IMG/VR virus record: IMGVR_UViG_3300025395_000007
DNA: 64,000 bases
Source of the DNA: a virus
Reading direction: 5' to 3' (one strand)
Shown: in pieces, positions 17,808 through 26,257 of the stretch
Numbering within the stretch: the first letter of the stretch is position 1
Layout: every line of letters begins with the position of its first letter
Program-made: the position numbers and the translations under genes
The notes under the pieces: generated by a model
What the model saw: the letters and a program-made list of their open reading frames with translations, nothing else
What the model was told of the DNA's origin: nothing
Databases searched by the model: none

Positions 17808-17990
17808 ATGACAGTGAACGAAATCGCGGCTCAGATCCGCAGTGGTTTTTTTGGTGATCGCGAAACTCTTCAAGAAGCGTTTGAATATGCTGAGCAAATT
17901 GCCAGAGCGAGCGATAATCCCGCAGCAGTTATGTCCGCAATAATGGTCGTTGCTAATACAATTTCGAAAAAGCTGAAGGAAGCACAATAA
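17808..17990 (+). CDS. Early hypothetical protein
   Basis: Own promoter (17752). Confidence 0.7.
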   Translation: MTVNEIAAQIRSGFFGDRETLQEAFEYAEQIARASDNPAAVMSAIMVVANTISKKLKEAQ

Positions 17991-18271
17991 TGCGTTTGGA
18001 TTATCACTCTTTTGAACAAACTGCACAAGCTGTTTATATTATGAATCCCTCGGCGCAAGAGCAATATCACTCTTGGGAAGATCTTCGTTCTTTCATGATT
18101 TCTATGGCATATCAATATGCGCGTAATGTAACATCTTTTTCTACTGGTGGGTTTCAGTTGTCGTTTTCTCCGTCGTCAAATGATACTGACAGGAAATATG
18201 TCGTGGCGTCAGTTTCGGCTTATACCGCATTGCGATATGTTCAATCAAAAGAAAAGAAACTAGCTGCATAA
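17990..18271 (+). CDS. Early hypothetical protein ending KKLAA
   Basis: Coupled to the upstream ORF. Confidence 0.7.
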   Translation: MRLDYHSFEQTAQAVYIMNPSAQEQYHSWEDLRSFMISMAYQYARNVTSFSTGGFQLSFSPSSNDTDRKYVVASVSAYTALRYVQSKEKKLAA

Positions 18272-18333
18272 TAAGTGTTGATTTTATTTCAATTACAAAG
18301 TATACTAATCTTACGGTTGAAACGGAGATGAAA

Positions 18334-18558
18334 ATGTTGAATCTTACGAAGCTGAACGAAGTTGAAATTGCTGAAATTCTCGAAGCGAACGGGTATAATT
18401 CCGACGGTATTTTAGACGTAGAATATCTTCGGACAAATGATCGCGATCAGGTTATATACAAAATGCTCTGGCACGACGATATCGTCGACGAATTCGGTTC
18501 CTCTAACATTTTCTTGCATTACATGTCAAATGGCACGATTTGGGCGGACTATCAGTAA
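18334..18558 (+). CDS. Early hypothetical protein
   Basis: Own promoter (18278); GGAG RBS. Confidence 0.65.
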   Translation: MLNLTKLNEVEIAEILEANGYNSDGILDVEYLRTNDRDQVIYKMLWHDDIVDEFGSSNIFLHYMSNGTIWADYQ

Positions 18559-18637
18559 TTGCGGTGTCGCAATTCTTGTTGACTTCTTACTCTTATTGTA
18601 GTAAGATTATCTTATGGTTGGTTGTGGAGAGAAAAAG

Positions 18638-18832
18638 ATGGCTAAATTCGTTGTGAAGATTGAATATACTGGATACAAGGTATTCGAGTTTGATGCCAAT
18701 GATATGGATGAAGCATACGAAACAGCACAGCGAATTGAAAGCATTACTAATCCTTCCGAGGAACGTATGAACGAAGAGATTGTTCATATTGAAAAGAAAT
18801 TTGGCGATGTATTTCGTTCAAATAACGCTTGA
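18638..18832 (+). CDS. Early hypothetical protein
   Basis: Own promoter (18579). Confidence 0.65.
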   Translation: MAKFVVKIEYTGYKVFEFDANDMDEAYETAQRIESITNPSEERMNEEIVHIEKKFGDVFRSNNA

Positions 18833-18891
18833 CTTTCTCTCTATCTTATAGTAAGATAATCTTATAGTTTGTAACAAAGAGGATTTAAATT

Positions 18892-19746
18892 ATGGCGAGA
18901 GGTGTTCCCAAGGCTGGCTTCCGTGCGAAGCGTACTTCCGTTGCTGAAAAGATGTCAGCTATAAAAGTCAATTATGATGTACAGTCCAATGAGACCGACG
19001 CAGAAGTCGAGGCTCGTTTGGCTGAGCGTTTCGACATTCTCGAGGTATTGACCGAGGCTTGTATCGTCGGTAATGCCCGTGCGCTTATCGTTTCTGGTCC
19101 CGCTGGCCTCGGTAAGTCTCACACGGTCGAGGCTGCGCTCAATCACTGGGATCCTAATGCTATCAATCATACGGTCGTTAAGGGTTATGTCCGCGCTACT
19201 GGCTTGGTCAAAATGCTTTATCAGTATCGCGAAGATGGTCAGGTCATTGTATTCGATGACGCCGATGCGATTTTCTTCGACGATATTTCTCTTAACCTTC
19301 TTAAGGCAGTTTGCGATACAACCGAACGTCGTCGCGTTTCTTGGTTGTCCGAGGGCGCTCTTATTGATGAAGAGTCAGCCGAGCGTATTCCACGCACGTT
19401 TGACTTCAACGGTACTATCATCTTCATCACGAACTATGACTTCGATGCCATGATTGATCGCGGTCATAAGCTGGCTCCGCATCTTCAGGCGTTGGTTTCC
19501 CGTAGCCACTATATTGATTTGGCTATGCACACTCGGCGCGATTATCTGATCCGTATTCGTCAGGTAATTAAGCAGGGGTTGCTTTCTGATCTTAAGACCG
19601 ATGAGCGTAATGACGTCATTGCTTTCATTGAGAAGAATCATCCACAGCTTCGCGAATTGTCGCTGCGTATGGCTCTTAAGGTTGGTAACATTCGTAAGAG
19701 CAATAAGAATTGGGAAAAGATTGCGAGGATTACATGTTGCAAATAA
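18892..19746 (+). CDS. AAA+/P-loop ATPase
   Basis: Walker A GPAGLGKS, Walker B VIVFDDAD, sensor IIFITN, ALVSR. Confidence 0.88.
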   Translation: MARGVPKAGFRAKRTSVAEKMSAIKVNYDVQSNETDAEVEARLAERFDILEVLTEACIVGNARALIVSGPAGLGKSHTVEAALNHWDPNAINHTVVKGYVRATGLVKMLYQYREDGQVIVFDDADAIFFDDISLNLLKAVCDTTERRRVSWLSEGALIDEESAERIPRTFDFNGTIIFITNYDFDAMIDRGHKLAPHLQALVSRSHYIDLAMHTRRDYLIRIRQVIKQGLLSDLKTDERNDVIAFIEKNHPQLRELSLRMALKVGNIRKSNKNWEKIARITCCK

Positions 19747-19952
19747 CTGTAAGAGTTAAGAATAGTCTCTGGGAAAAACGAGCACTCTATGGCTCGTATA
19801 TCCCAGAGACTAACACATATACAGGGACAGTAGTTCCTCGTCCGAAGTGGGTCGGTGATGATTCATTTTGTTTATCGACAGGCGAACGGAAGTTTAAATT
19901 CCGTATTATATCGAAGGACGATGTTGTTGATGGGTTGTTATTGTCTGCTTAA
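19734..19952 (+). CDS. Hypothetical protein, possibly C-terminally truncated
   Basis: MLQITVRV...YTGTVVPRPKWV; stop overlaps the convergent gene. Confidence 0.55.
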   Translation: MLQITVRVKNSLWEKRALYGSYIPETNTYTGTVVPRPKWVGDDSFCLSTGERKFKFRIISKDDVVDGLLLSA

Positions 19953-20449
19953 TTACAGATGGAGGACATAAGGGGGATGAAGCTTCGCATAGAATGACAT
20001 GCGATATAGTCGGAAACACCCCATATGATAAGTCCAATCCAAACAAAAGTAGGTAATACTATAAAGATACAGAATAGAGCCCAGAATAGTTCCCACATCT
20101 CTTCTCTTTTTCTTTCTGCTTGTACTCTTAATCTATGCGCTTCCTTTGCAGCCTCTGCTCTTGCTTTATAGAATTCCTGACGCTGGGCTGGGCTCATACG
20201 AGCAATCATTTGGGCTTCTTGTTCAGCCGCGATCTCGCGCATTGCTTGTTCGCGTAATGTATTATTATTACGGACGATTTGATTATTAATTTCAGTGATT
20301 CTATTCTGTGCTAATATCTTTTTGTTATTAGCATCTTTTTGTGCAGGAGCATTTCTTACTACATCTACGATGCCGAATACTGCATCTGTTACGCCTTTAC
20401 CGTAAGACTCGCCGAGTTTTGCAGCTTTATCTGGATCTAATGGAATCAT
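19949..20449 (-). CDS. Coiled-coil membrane protein oriented against the early array
   Basis: AGGAG RBS; coiled coil plus C-terminal TM; late-like CATAAATA near 20522-20529 (-). Confidence 0.7.
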   Translation of the reverse strand: MIPLDPDKAAKLGESYGKGVTDAVFGIVDVVRNAPAQKDANNKKILAQNRITEINNQIVRNNNTLREQAMREIAAEQEAQMIARMSPAQRQEFYKARAEAAKEAHRLRVQAERKREEMWELFWALFCIFIVLPTFVWIGLIIWGVSDYIACHSMRSFIPLMSSICN

Positions 20450-20588
20450 ATCATTCTCCTAACTTAATATTAAACTATGAAAGATAATAAAAGTCAAGTA
20501 GAATAGTATGTGCCAACAGCATATTTATGGTTGATTTTATATCAAAAGAGCGGTATAATATCTTTACGGTTGAAAAAGAGGGATTGAT

Positions 20589-20861
20589 ATGTGGGGTAGT
20601 GAGATTGAAGTGGAAGTCAAAAATCGAATCGATTTGGCGGCTGCAGCCTATGCCTACGAGTATATGAATACGTCCATTATGTCGGATGCTGACTTTGATG
20701 CTTTGTCGTTGAAGATTGACCCTAAGCTGAAAACAGGTAATAAGAAAATGGATAAATTCTTTATGCAGCAATTTGATTTATCGACGGGGATGTGGATTCA
20801 CAAACACCCAGAGAAAGAAAAACTGATTCGTATCATTAAACTCAAACAGAGGAAACGGTAA
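20589..20861 (+). CDS. Small protein resembling NAD-dependent DNA ligase domain Ia
   Basis: AAYAYEY..TSIMSDADFDAL resembles the Y(Y)...P.ISD.EYD.L motif. Confidence 0.6.
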   Translation: MWGSEIEVEVKNRIDLAAAAYAYEYMNTSIMSDADFDALSLKIDPKLKTGNKKMDKFFMQQFDLSTGMWIHKHPEKEKLIRIIKLKQRKR

Positions 20862-21337
20862 TGGAATTTACGCTTACTTCGGGAACATTTCGTGTAACAG
20901 ATCCATGCTATGATGGATTGTATTGGACATCTGGAATCATCGGCATTATTAATAATGCACGGAAGGGTAAGTGGAAGGGTGTCGTTACTTCTCCATGGGG
21001 AATGCAAAGTAGAGTAGCTGAACTGCAGGTAGTGCAGGAGAATTATACTACGGCAAGTAAGATGTGGGAATCAGCTGGTTTTTCCGTTGTGGTTGACTCA
21101 GGTCAGGCTGGTTTCTTCGATGCTGCTCTGTATCCAGAGTGGTCCGAGGAGAATAATTTCTATGATACTATTTGTAAGGGTACTCTCAGCGAGGATCAAT
21201 ATGCAGTAGTTCCATTTGGCATTGCTTCTTCGACAGGCTACGGAGATGGTGAATACAAATGTTACGTTGCAAAGAATATTGAGGGCGAAGTAATCGCCGC
21301 GAAGATTGTCTTCATTGGTGACGAGGACGAAGAATAA
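20861..21337 (+). CDS. DUF4241-like protein
   Basis: SG...VTDPCY, VDSGQAGFFD, STGYGDGEY. Confidence 0.65.
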   Translation: MEFTLTSGTFRVTDPCYDGLYWTSGIIGIINNARKGKWKGVVTSPWGMQSRVAELQVVQENYTTASKMWESAGFSVVVDSGQAGFFDAALYPEWSEENNFYDTICKGTLSEDQYAVVPFGIASSTGYGDGEYKCYVAKNIEGEVIAAKIVFIGDEDEE

Positions 21338-21401
21338 TCTCCTGTTGACTTTTACTTCTTTCTGGGCTATACTATATTATAAATTGAAACGGAGAACGAA
21401 A

Positions 21402-21956
21402 ATGCCAAATTGGGCGTATAATTCAGTAACAATATCCCACACCGATCCAGAGATGATGGAGAAATTCCGTCAGGGCGTTGAGGAAGGTAATCTCCTCGAG
21501 ACATTTATCCCTATCCCCGCTGCATTAGTGAACACTACAGCCCCATCGACGGAAACGAACGAGGATTTACTCCGCCTCTACGGATCCGATAACTGGTATG
21601 ACTGGAATTGGAAGAACTGGGGTACGAAGTGGGATGTATCGAATGGGTCATTTGACCTTGACGAGGATAAGTTATCAGGTAGTGGATACTTCGAGACAGC
21701 ATGGAGTCCTCCAATTCAGGCATATGAAAATTTGAAAAAACTTGGATTTGTTATTGACGCGACTTATACCGAGGAGAGTATGGCATTTGCTGGCCGATAC
21801 CAGAGTATTAGCGGAGATGACTATTATGAGATTGACTTCGACGAGGAGAACTGGCGTGAAGACATTGACGATCCAGAGGTATTGGAGTTGTTAGAGTCGG
21901 AATATGAGTCATGGTTAGAGTTTCGGGAGAATCAAAATGATGAATCGGGTGAGTAA
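21402..21956 (+). CDS. YubB/DUF1281-like ferredoxin-fold protein
   Basis: MPNWAYNSV, WYDWNWKNWGTKWD, FETAWSPP. Confidence 0.8.
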   Translation: MPNWAYNSVTISHTDPEMMEKFRQGVEEGNLLETFIPIPAALVNTTAPSTETNEDLLRLYGSDNWYDWNWKNWGTKWDVSNGSFDLDEDKLSGSGYFETAWSPPIQAYENLKKLGFVIDATYTEESMAFAGRYQSISGDDYYEIDFDEENWREDIDDPEVLELLESEYESWLEFRENQNDESGE

Positions 21957-22753
21957 TTTCTTTAAGGTATTTGCAACTGTATTCTCCATTGTTATGGTAA
22001 TTGCAGGATTTATTGTTGCATTGAAGTATACTATGGATTATGTACATCAGTATGGTGGAGAGGTAGGAGAGTTTTTCCTTTTCGCAGTAGTAGTATCGGG
22101 AGTATTTGCAGTATTTTCTTCTAGGATGTTCTTTGTGGAACCGAATAATGAGTAAGATATTTTCTGCAATTGTTATATTTTGTAGTAGTATGGTAATCAA
22201 TTATCTCTTTGCGAATAATATTGCTGCAATGGTATCATGTTATGGTACGGTAATTATGTTAATGGTTGCTGATCTGTACATTGTATTGAGTCTGCCGAAG
22301 AAGGATCCATGGGACGAATGAAGGTCTGGAATGTAATAGAGACGGAGCAGGAACTACGTTCTATCCCCCTCGATGAGTTTATACATCGGGGGGAAGCATC
22401 ACACCCGATAACATTTCGCCCATATGCATTCTTACAGCATAGAGAGAATAAAGAGCAGTATATATTATTGCCAATGCAGGTAGAGGTTATAGAAAATGAA
22501 GAGTAAATTAATAGAGAAAATCGATTCACTGACGGAAACACAGATAGAAATCCTAGTTAAGATCATAGAGAATAATGATTACTCTATAGTAGAGAACTAC
22601 TACTATCAGAGAGAGAAAGAGAAGAAGTTCTGGGAAGAACATAGCAAGCCATGGAATAATACTACAGAGTATGCTAAGTATGATACAACTAATGCATATA
22701 CAAAGGAAGAAACAAATGGAAGAAACCATCTCCAATCCCGAGACCAACTCTAA
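21937..22753 (+). CDS. Four small ORFs: two membrane proteins (21937-22155, 22148-22321) and two soluble (22318-22506, 22496-22753)
   Basis: Overlapping ORFs; the first two carry two hydrophobic helices each. Confidence 0.55.
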
Positions 22754-22828
22754 TACCAACCCTGAGACCACTACTATCAGCCCTCCGACCACTACTCCGA
22801 CCAACTCCCATGACCAAGCTAGAGACCA
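22742..22828 (+). repeat. Six GACCA pentamers in 87 bp
   Basis: GACCA at 22742, 22766, 22787, 22799, 22812 and 22824. Confidence 0.8.
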
Positions 22829-22834
22829 AATATA

Positions 22835-23056
22835 ATGGCGAGAGTAACAAAAAAGTCAATGATCTCTGGAGTAGTAAGGACTATGGAAATACCTCAGTAT
22901 ACACAGGAAGAATTCGATAATAGGTATATTCTATGGAGAGAAGGTAAAATACTACTACAAGATGCATTCGAAGATACCTCTGCCAATGCAAGAGAGTTTA
23001 TTAAGACTGGTATGACAGTAGAAGAATGGGATCAATACATTACTACTGGAGCATAA
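22835..23056 (+). CDS. Hypothetical protein
   Basis: KKSMISGVVRTMEI...LLQDAF...REFIKTGMTVEEWD. Confidence 0.7.
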   Translation: MARVTKKSMISGVVRTMEIPQYTQEEFDNRYILWREGKILLQDAFEDTSANAREFIKTGMTVEEWDQYITTGA

Positions 23057-23125
23057 CACAATAGTGTTTTCCCCTAGTAACGGAGTGTTTCGTCGTGGTA
23101 TTCACTAAAATGTGGGGGATTTATA

Positions 23126-23150
23126 GGGGGATTTAAATCCCTCTTTTTTT
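23126..23150 (+). terminator. Rho-independent terminator
   Basis: AGGGGGATTTAAATCCCTCT followed by a T run. Confidence 0.7.
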
Positions 23151-23356
23151 AATGTGAGCGTTGTTTGATCGTCATAAATCGACGAAAACGAGGTAGATGC
23201 GGTGTCGATGCTCGTCGATCGGTGTCGATGCTTGTGCTCTACATCGTGTTACTTTGCGTCATCGCACTATTACTACTGTGCTATACTATTCTATACTGTG
23301 CTACACATTAAACTATACATCGATGCTTCGCGGATAGTTTCTGACAACCAAATATA

Positions 23357-23512
23357 AGTATACCCCCAACGAATCAAAAAGTCAACCCCTCATTTTGGGT
23401 TTCCGCTGCGGATTCCGTTACCCATCAAAAGTTCGGGTGCACTTAGAATCTCTTCTACCCGCTCTAATCGGGGAATCACTTATTAATATACCGTATATCC
23501 CCCAAAAGTCAA
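23357..23512 (-). promoter_or_regulatory. Two leftward sigma70-type promoters facing noncoding DNA
   Basis: TTGACT-N17-TATACT (23385 to 23357) and TTGACT-N16-TATATT (23512 to 23485); no convincing downstream ORF. Confidence 0.7.
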
Positions 23513-23611
23513 CAAGAATCTTTGCGAAATTAAATCTTTTTTCGATGAGATATCGCTTGACTTTTCCCGAAAATGCGGTATATTTAATTATAAGTTGAAA
23601 TGGAGAGTTTG

Positions 23612-23878
23612 ATGGAAACCGATTTATCCCGCGCTGAAGCCCTCGTTCTGCTCGCGAAAGCCCAATTTCGCCCGTTCCGTAATGAAGACTGGTACGCATT
23701 CGGGAACTGCGAAACTAAAAAGCCATTGATTGCCGAGGAAGTTTCCTTCGGGGAAAGCGACTCCGACATTTATATCGGCGAGGATTTGTACACGATTGTC
23801 ATTGACGGCGACACAATTCTCTTCGTTCGCGAAAGCGACAAATTTGGCGGTCAGCAATTTAAGTTGAAAGAAATTTAG
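23612..23878 (+). CDS. Early hypothetical protein, paralog of 16200-16415
   Basis: Own promoter (23557); shared DWYAF..CET motif. Confidence 0.75.
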   Translation: METDLSRAEALVLLAKAQFRPFRNEDWYAFGNCETKKPLIAEEVSFGESDSDIYIGEDLYTIVIDGDTILFVRESDKFGGQQFKLKEI

Positions 23879-23937
23879 TTGTTGACTTTTCCCTCGTTTT
23901 GCGGTAGAATATCTTATAAATTGAAACGGAGACTCCT

Positions 23938-24084
23938 ATGCTTTTATCCTCTGCCACTAAAGCTGCCCAATCCGCCTCGGTCGCCGAGATGATTGCTGCG
24001 TTCCAAGCTGCTGGCGGATCGGTCGTGCAGGTCGAAACTGGCGTTGCACACGGTCTGAAGAAAAAGAAGTTCATCCGCAAATAA
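23938..24084 (+). CDS. 48-aa SutA RNAP-binding-domain-like protein; not in the ORF track
   Basis: MLLSSATKAAQSASVAEMIAAFQAAGGSVVQVETGVAHGLKKKKFIRK; own promoter (23882); GGAG RBS. Confidence 0.6.
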   Translation: MLLSSATKAAQSASVAEMIAAFQAAGGSVVQVETGVAHGLKKKKFIRK

Positions 24085-24141
24085 GTGTTGACTTCTCCCG
24101 AATTTGCGGTATACTTAATTATAAATTGGAAAGGAACTGAA

Positions 24142-24630
24142 ATGTCTAAAGCACCTACGAAGACCTCGCTCGCGATCGAAACCATGAACGCGAACGCGAA
24201 GAAGCCAATGGCTGATGTTATCCCGTTGATCGCCGCAGCTTCTGGCGTTGATCTTCGGCTCGCCAAGAACTATTATCTTTGGGCTGTCCGCAAGGGTCTG
24301 GCCAAGGGTACGGTCGAAAAGACCGTGAAGCAAAAGACCGTCAAAATCGCAACGGTCGTCAAGAAAGCTGGCAAGGCATTCGCTGCCAAGAAGGCAAAGG
24401 AAGCCAAGCCAGTAGCGACAAAGACAGACGCTGTGAAAGCCATCAAGGAAGCGAATTTGAAGCGGATGAAAGAGGTCGCTGCGAAGAATAAGCGTTCGTT
24501 CGATGGTGCTCGTGGCGCAAAGTTAGACCCCAAAGTTCAGCGGGAAGAGTTGGCAGCGTATGAAGCCGAGTTGGACTCGTTCGCCGTGCCGAAATTCCTG
24601 AGCAAGGCACAGCTGAACGCACTCGTGTAA
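24142..24630 (+). CDS. Lys/Ala-rich basic, histone-like putative DNA-binding early protein
   Basis: Own promoter (24088); KKAGKAFAAKKAKEAKP low-complexity basic region. Confidence 0.7.
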   Translation: MSKAPTKTSLAIETMNANAKKPMADVIPLIAAASGVDLRLAKNYYLWAVRKGLAKGTVEKTVKQKTVKIATVVKKAGKAFAAKKAKEAKPVATKTDAVKAIKEANLKRMKEVAAKNKRSFDGARGAKLDPKVQREELAAYEAELDSFAVPKFLSKAQLNALV

Positions 24631-24690
24631 TCAGTTGTTGACTTCTTCTGAAAAGAGCGTATACTGGTATTATCGATTAAGGAGAATCAC

Positions 24691-25272
24691 ATGAATCGTT
24701 ACCGCATTGTCTATGATGGCTTCCAGCCTCACATCCCAGGCTGCAACTTCGCCTCGGTCATCTATCACAACCGAACGCATGGTGCGACACCTAGCTCGTG
24801 TCAGTTCTTTATACTCGACATAGACGACCGTTGGAACACTGATCTTCTCTGAGGAGCAACTTATGCTACACGACATCGAGACTGTTACTATGGCCTACCT
24901 ACCAGTGATCAGTCTACTCTTGGGAGCAGGAGTAGTAACTGCAATCTACGAGTGTTTCTTCATGACCAAGGACCAAAACCAATGAACAACATCAGCATCC
25001 TCGTTTCCGACGCACATGGCATCTACGTACCGAAAGTATTCACAGAGAACTACGATCTTTCGCTGTGGAATAACATCGATGAAGACGACATCGCTACGAT
25101 AGCAGATGGTCCAGAGAACGAGTATTACTGGGATGCGTGGCAGAATATCCTGTCGAGTGCAGAGTATAAAGCGGACGGTAAGACGTACACTTTGCATCAG
25201 GACGGAGATCTATTCGCTGTCGCATACGATAATCTCTCGGAGGAGGAGCGACTCTCCTTCTTCGGGGAATAA
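24691..25272 (+). CDS. Three small ORFs (24691-24852, 24863-24985 TM peptide, 24982-25272)
   Basis: Promoter at 24638; AAGGAG, GAGGAG and AAGGA RBSs. Confidence 0.6.
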
Positions 25273-25580
25273 TACTTTGCATTTACTCGGCTGAACTTTG
25301 CCATGGTCGGCATTGTTCTGCCGAGGGGTCCGCCTGTAGAGGTTCCACTGCGGAAGCTAGGGGGACCCGAACGCCTTGCTCCATTCGGCACACATCAGCA
25401 CGTCTTAAAACTCATTGGTAGCCGAAGCCCTATCCCCCCTCCCCCCCTTTTTTCTCGGACAACGTGAATTTAATTTTTTTCTCCGGACAAAAATAATTCT
25501 CTCTAGGTTCAGATAAGTGTTGTCTTATCTGCTAAACAGTAGTATAATCAGTAATGTGATGATTGATAAGGATTATATAA

Positions 25581-25976
25581 ATGGATATTGTAGTGTTTGA
25601 TATTGATGGAACGATTGCTGATAACACACATCGTCAGCACCATCTAATGGGAGATAGGAAGAACTGGGATTCGTACAATGCAGGTAGCTCCAGGAGACTT
25701 TTAATGATTAATGATAAGAATATAATCGACCAAGAAACTCTAGATGCATATAAGAATCATTTGCGAAAGTTACAGCGTGGTCCAGGTGGTATCATGGAGA
25801 TGAAGCAGACGATCTCTAACAAGGAAACTGAGATTGATCGGTTGCAGAAATATAAGGTCTTTGTTGCCATGATAGCAAATGAGCCATGGGAACTCAGTTA
25901 TGAAAAGATTGAGAATCAACGCAATTGGTGGTCAAAACTGGCTCGTAAATTGCTGGATGAAGTGGAAGTTGACTGA
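25581..25976 (+). CDS. Chimeric ORF: truncated HAD phosphatase N-terminus fused to a paralog of 29699-29983
   Basis: MDIVVFDIDGTIAD..HR is HAD motif I only; internal AGGAG RBS before MINDK; GPGGIMEMKQTI shared with 29699. Confidence 0.65.
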   Translation: MDIVVFDIDGTIADNTHRQHHLMGDRKNWDSYNAGSSRRLLMINDKNIIDQETLDAYKNHLRKLQRGPGGIMEMKQTISNKETEIDRLQKYKVFVAMIANEPWELSYEKIENQRNWWSKLARKLLDEVEVD

Positions 25977-26221
25977 TGGGTGAGGTAGTTTCTTTTACTC
26001 GTACGAGAACCATTGAGTATCATGAGGATACAGGGACGATCAATGGTGTCGCAGTTCCGAAACCGAAAACACCTTACGACTATCAGCTGATCATGAAACA
26101 GTTTCTTGATCGTAACGACTATGAAGAGGTTATTCTTGGTATCATGGATAGAGAGTATTATGATGATCTAGATCCCGTGCTAAAGAACTTGGTCGATCAC
26201 TATTTCAATATGGATGCGTAA
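25976..26221 (+). CDS. Hypothetical protein
   Basis: Coupled ORF. Confidence 0.65.
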   Translation: MGEVVSFTRTRTIEYHEDTGTINGVAVPKPKTPYDYQLIMKQFLDRNDYEEVILGIMDREYYDDLDPVLKNLVDHYFNMDA

Positions 26222-26257
26222 AAATCATTAGCGGCTTCGCCGCAGGGAAGGTATTTA

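Noticed and set aside
23583-24132. CtrA boxes (TTAA-N7-TTAA) over the early promoters
   Set aside because: Only half-site matches (TTAA-N7-TTGA/TTGG) in AT-rich DNA, not distinguishable from chance by eye.
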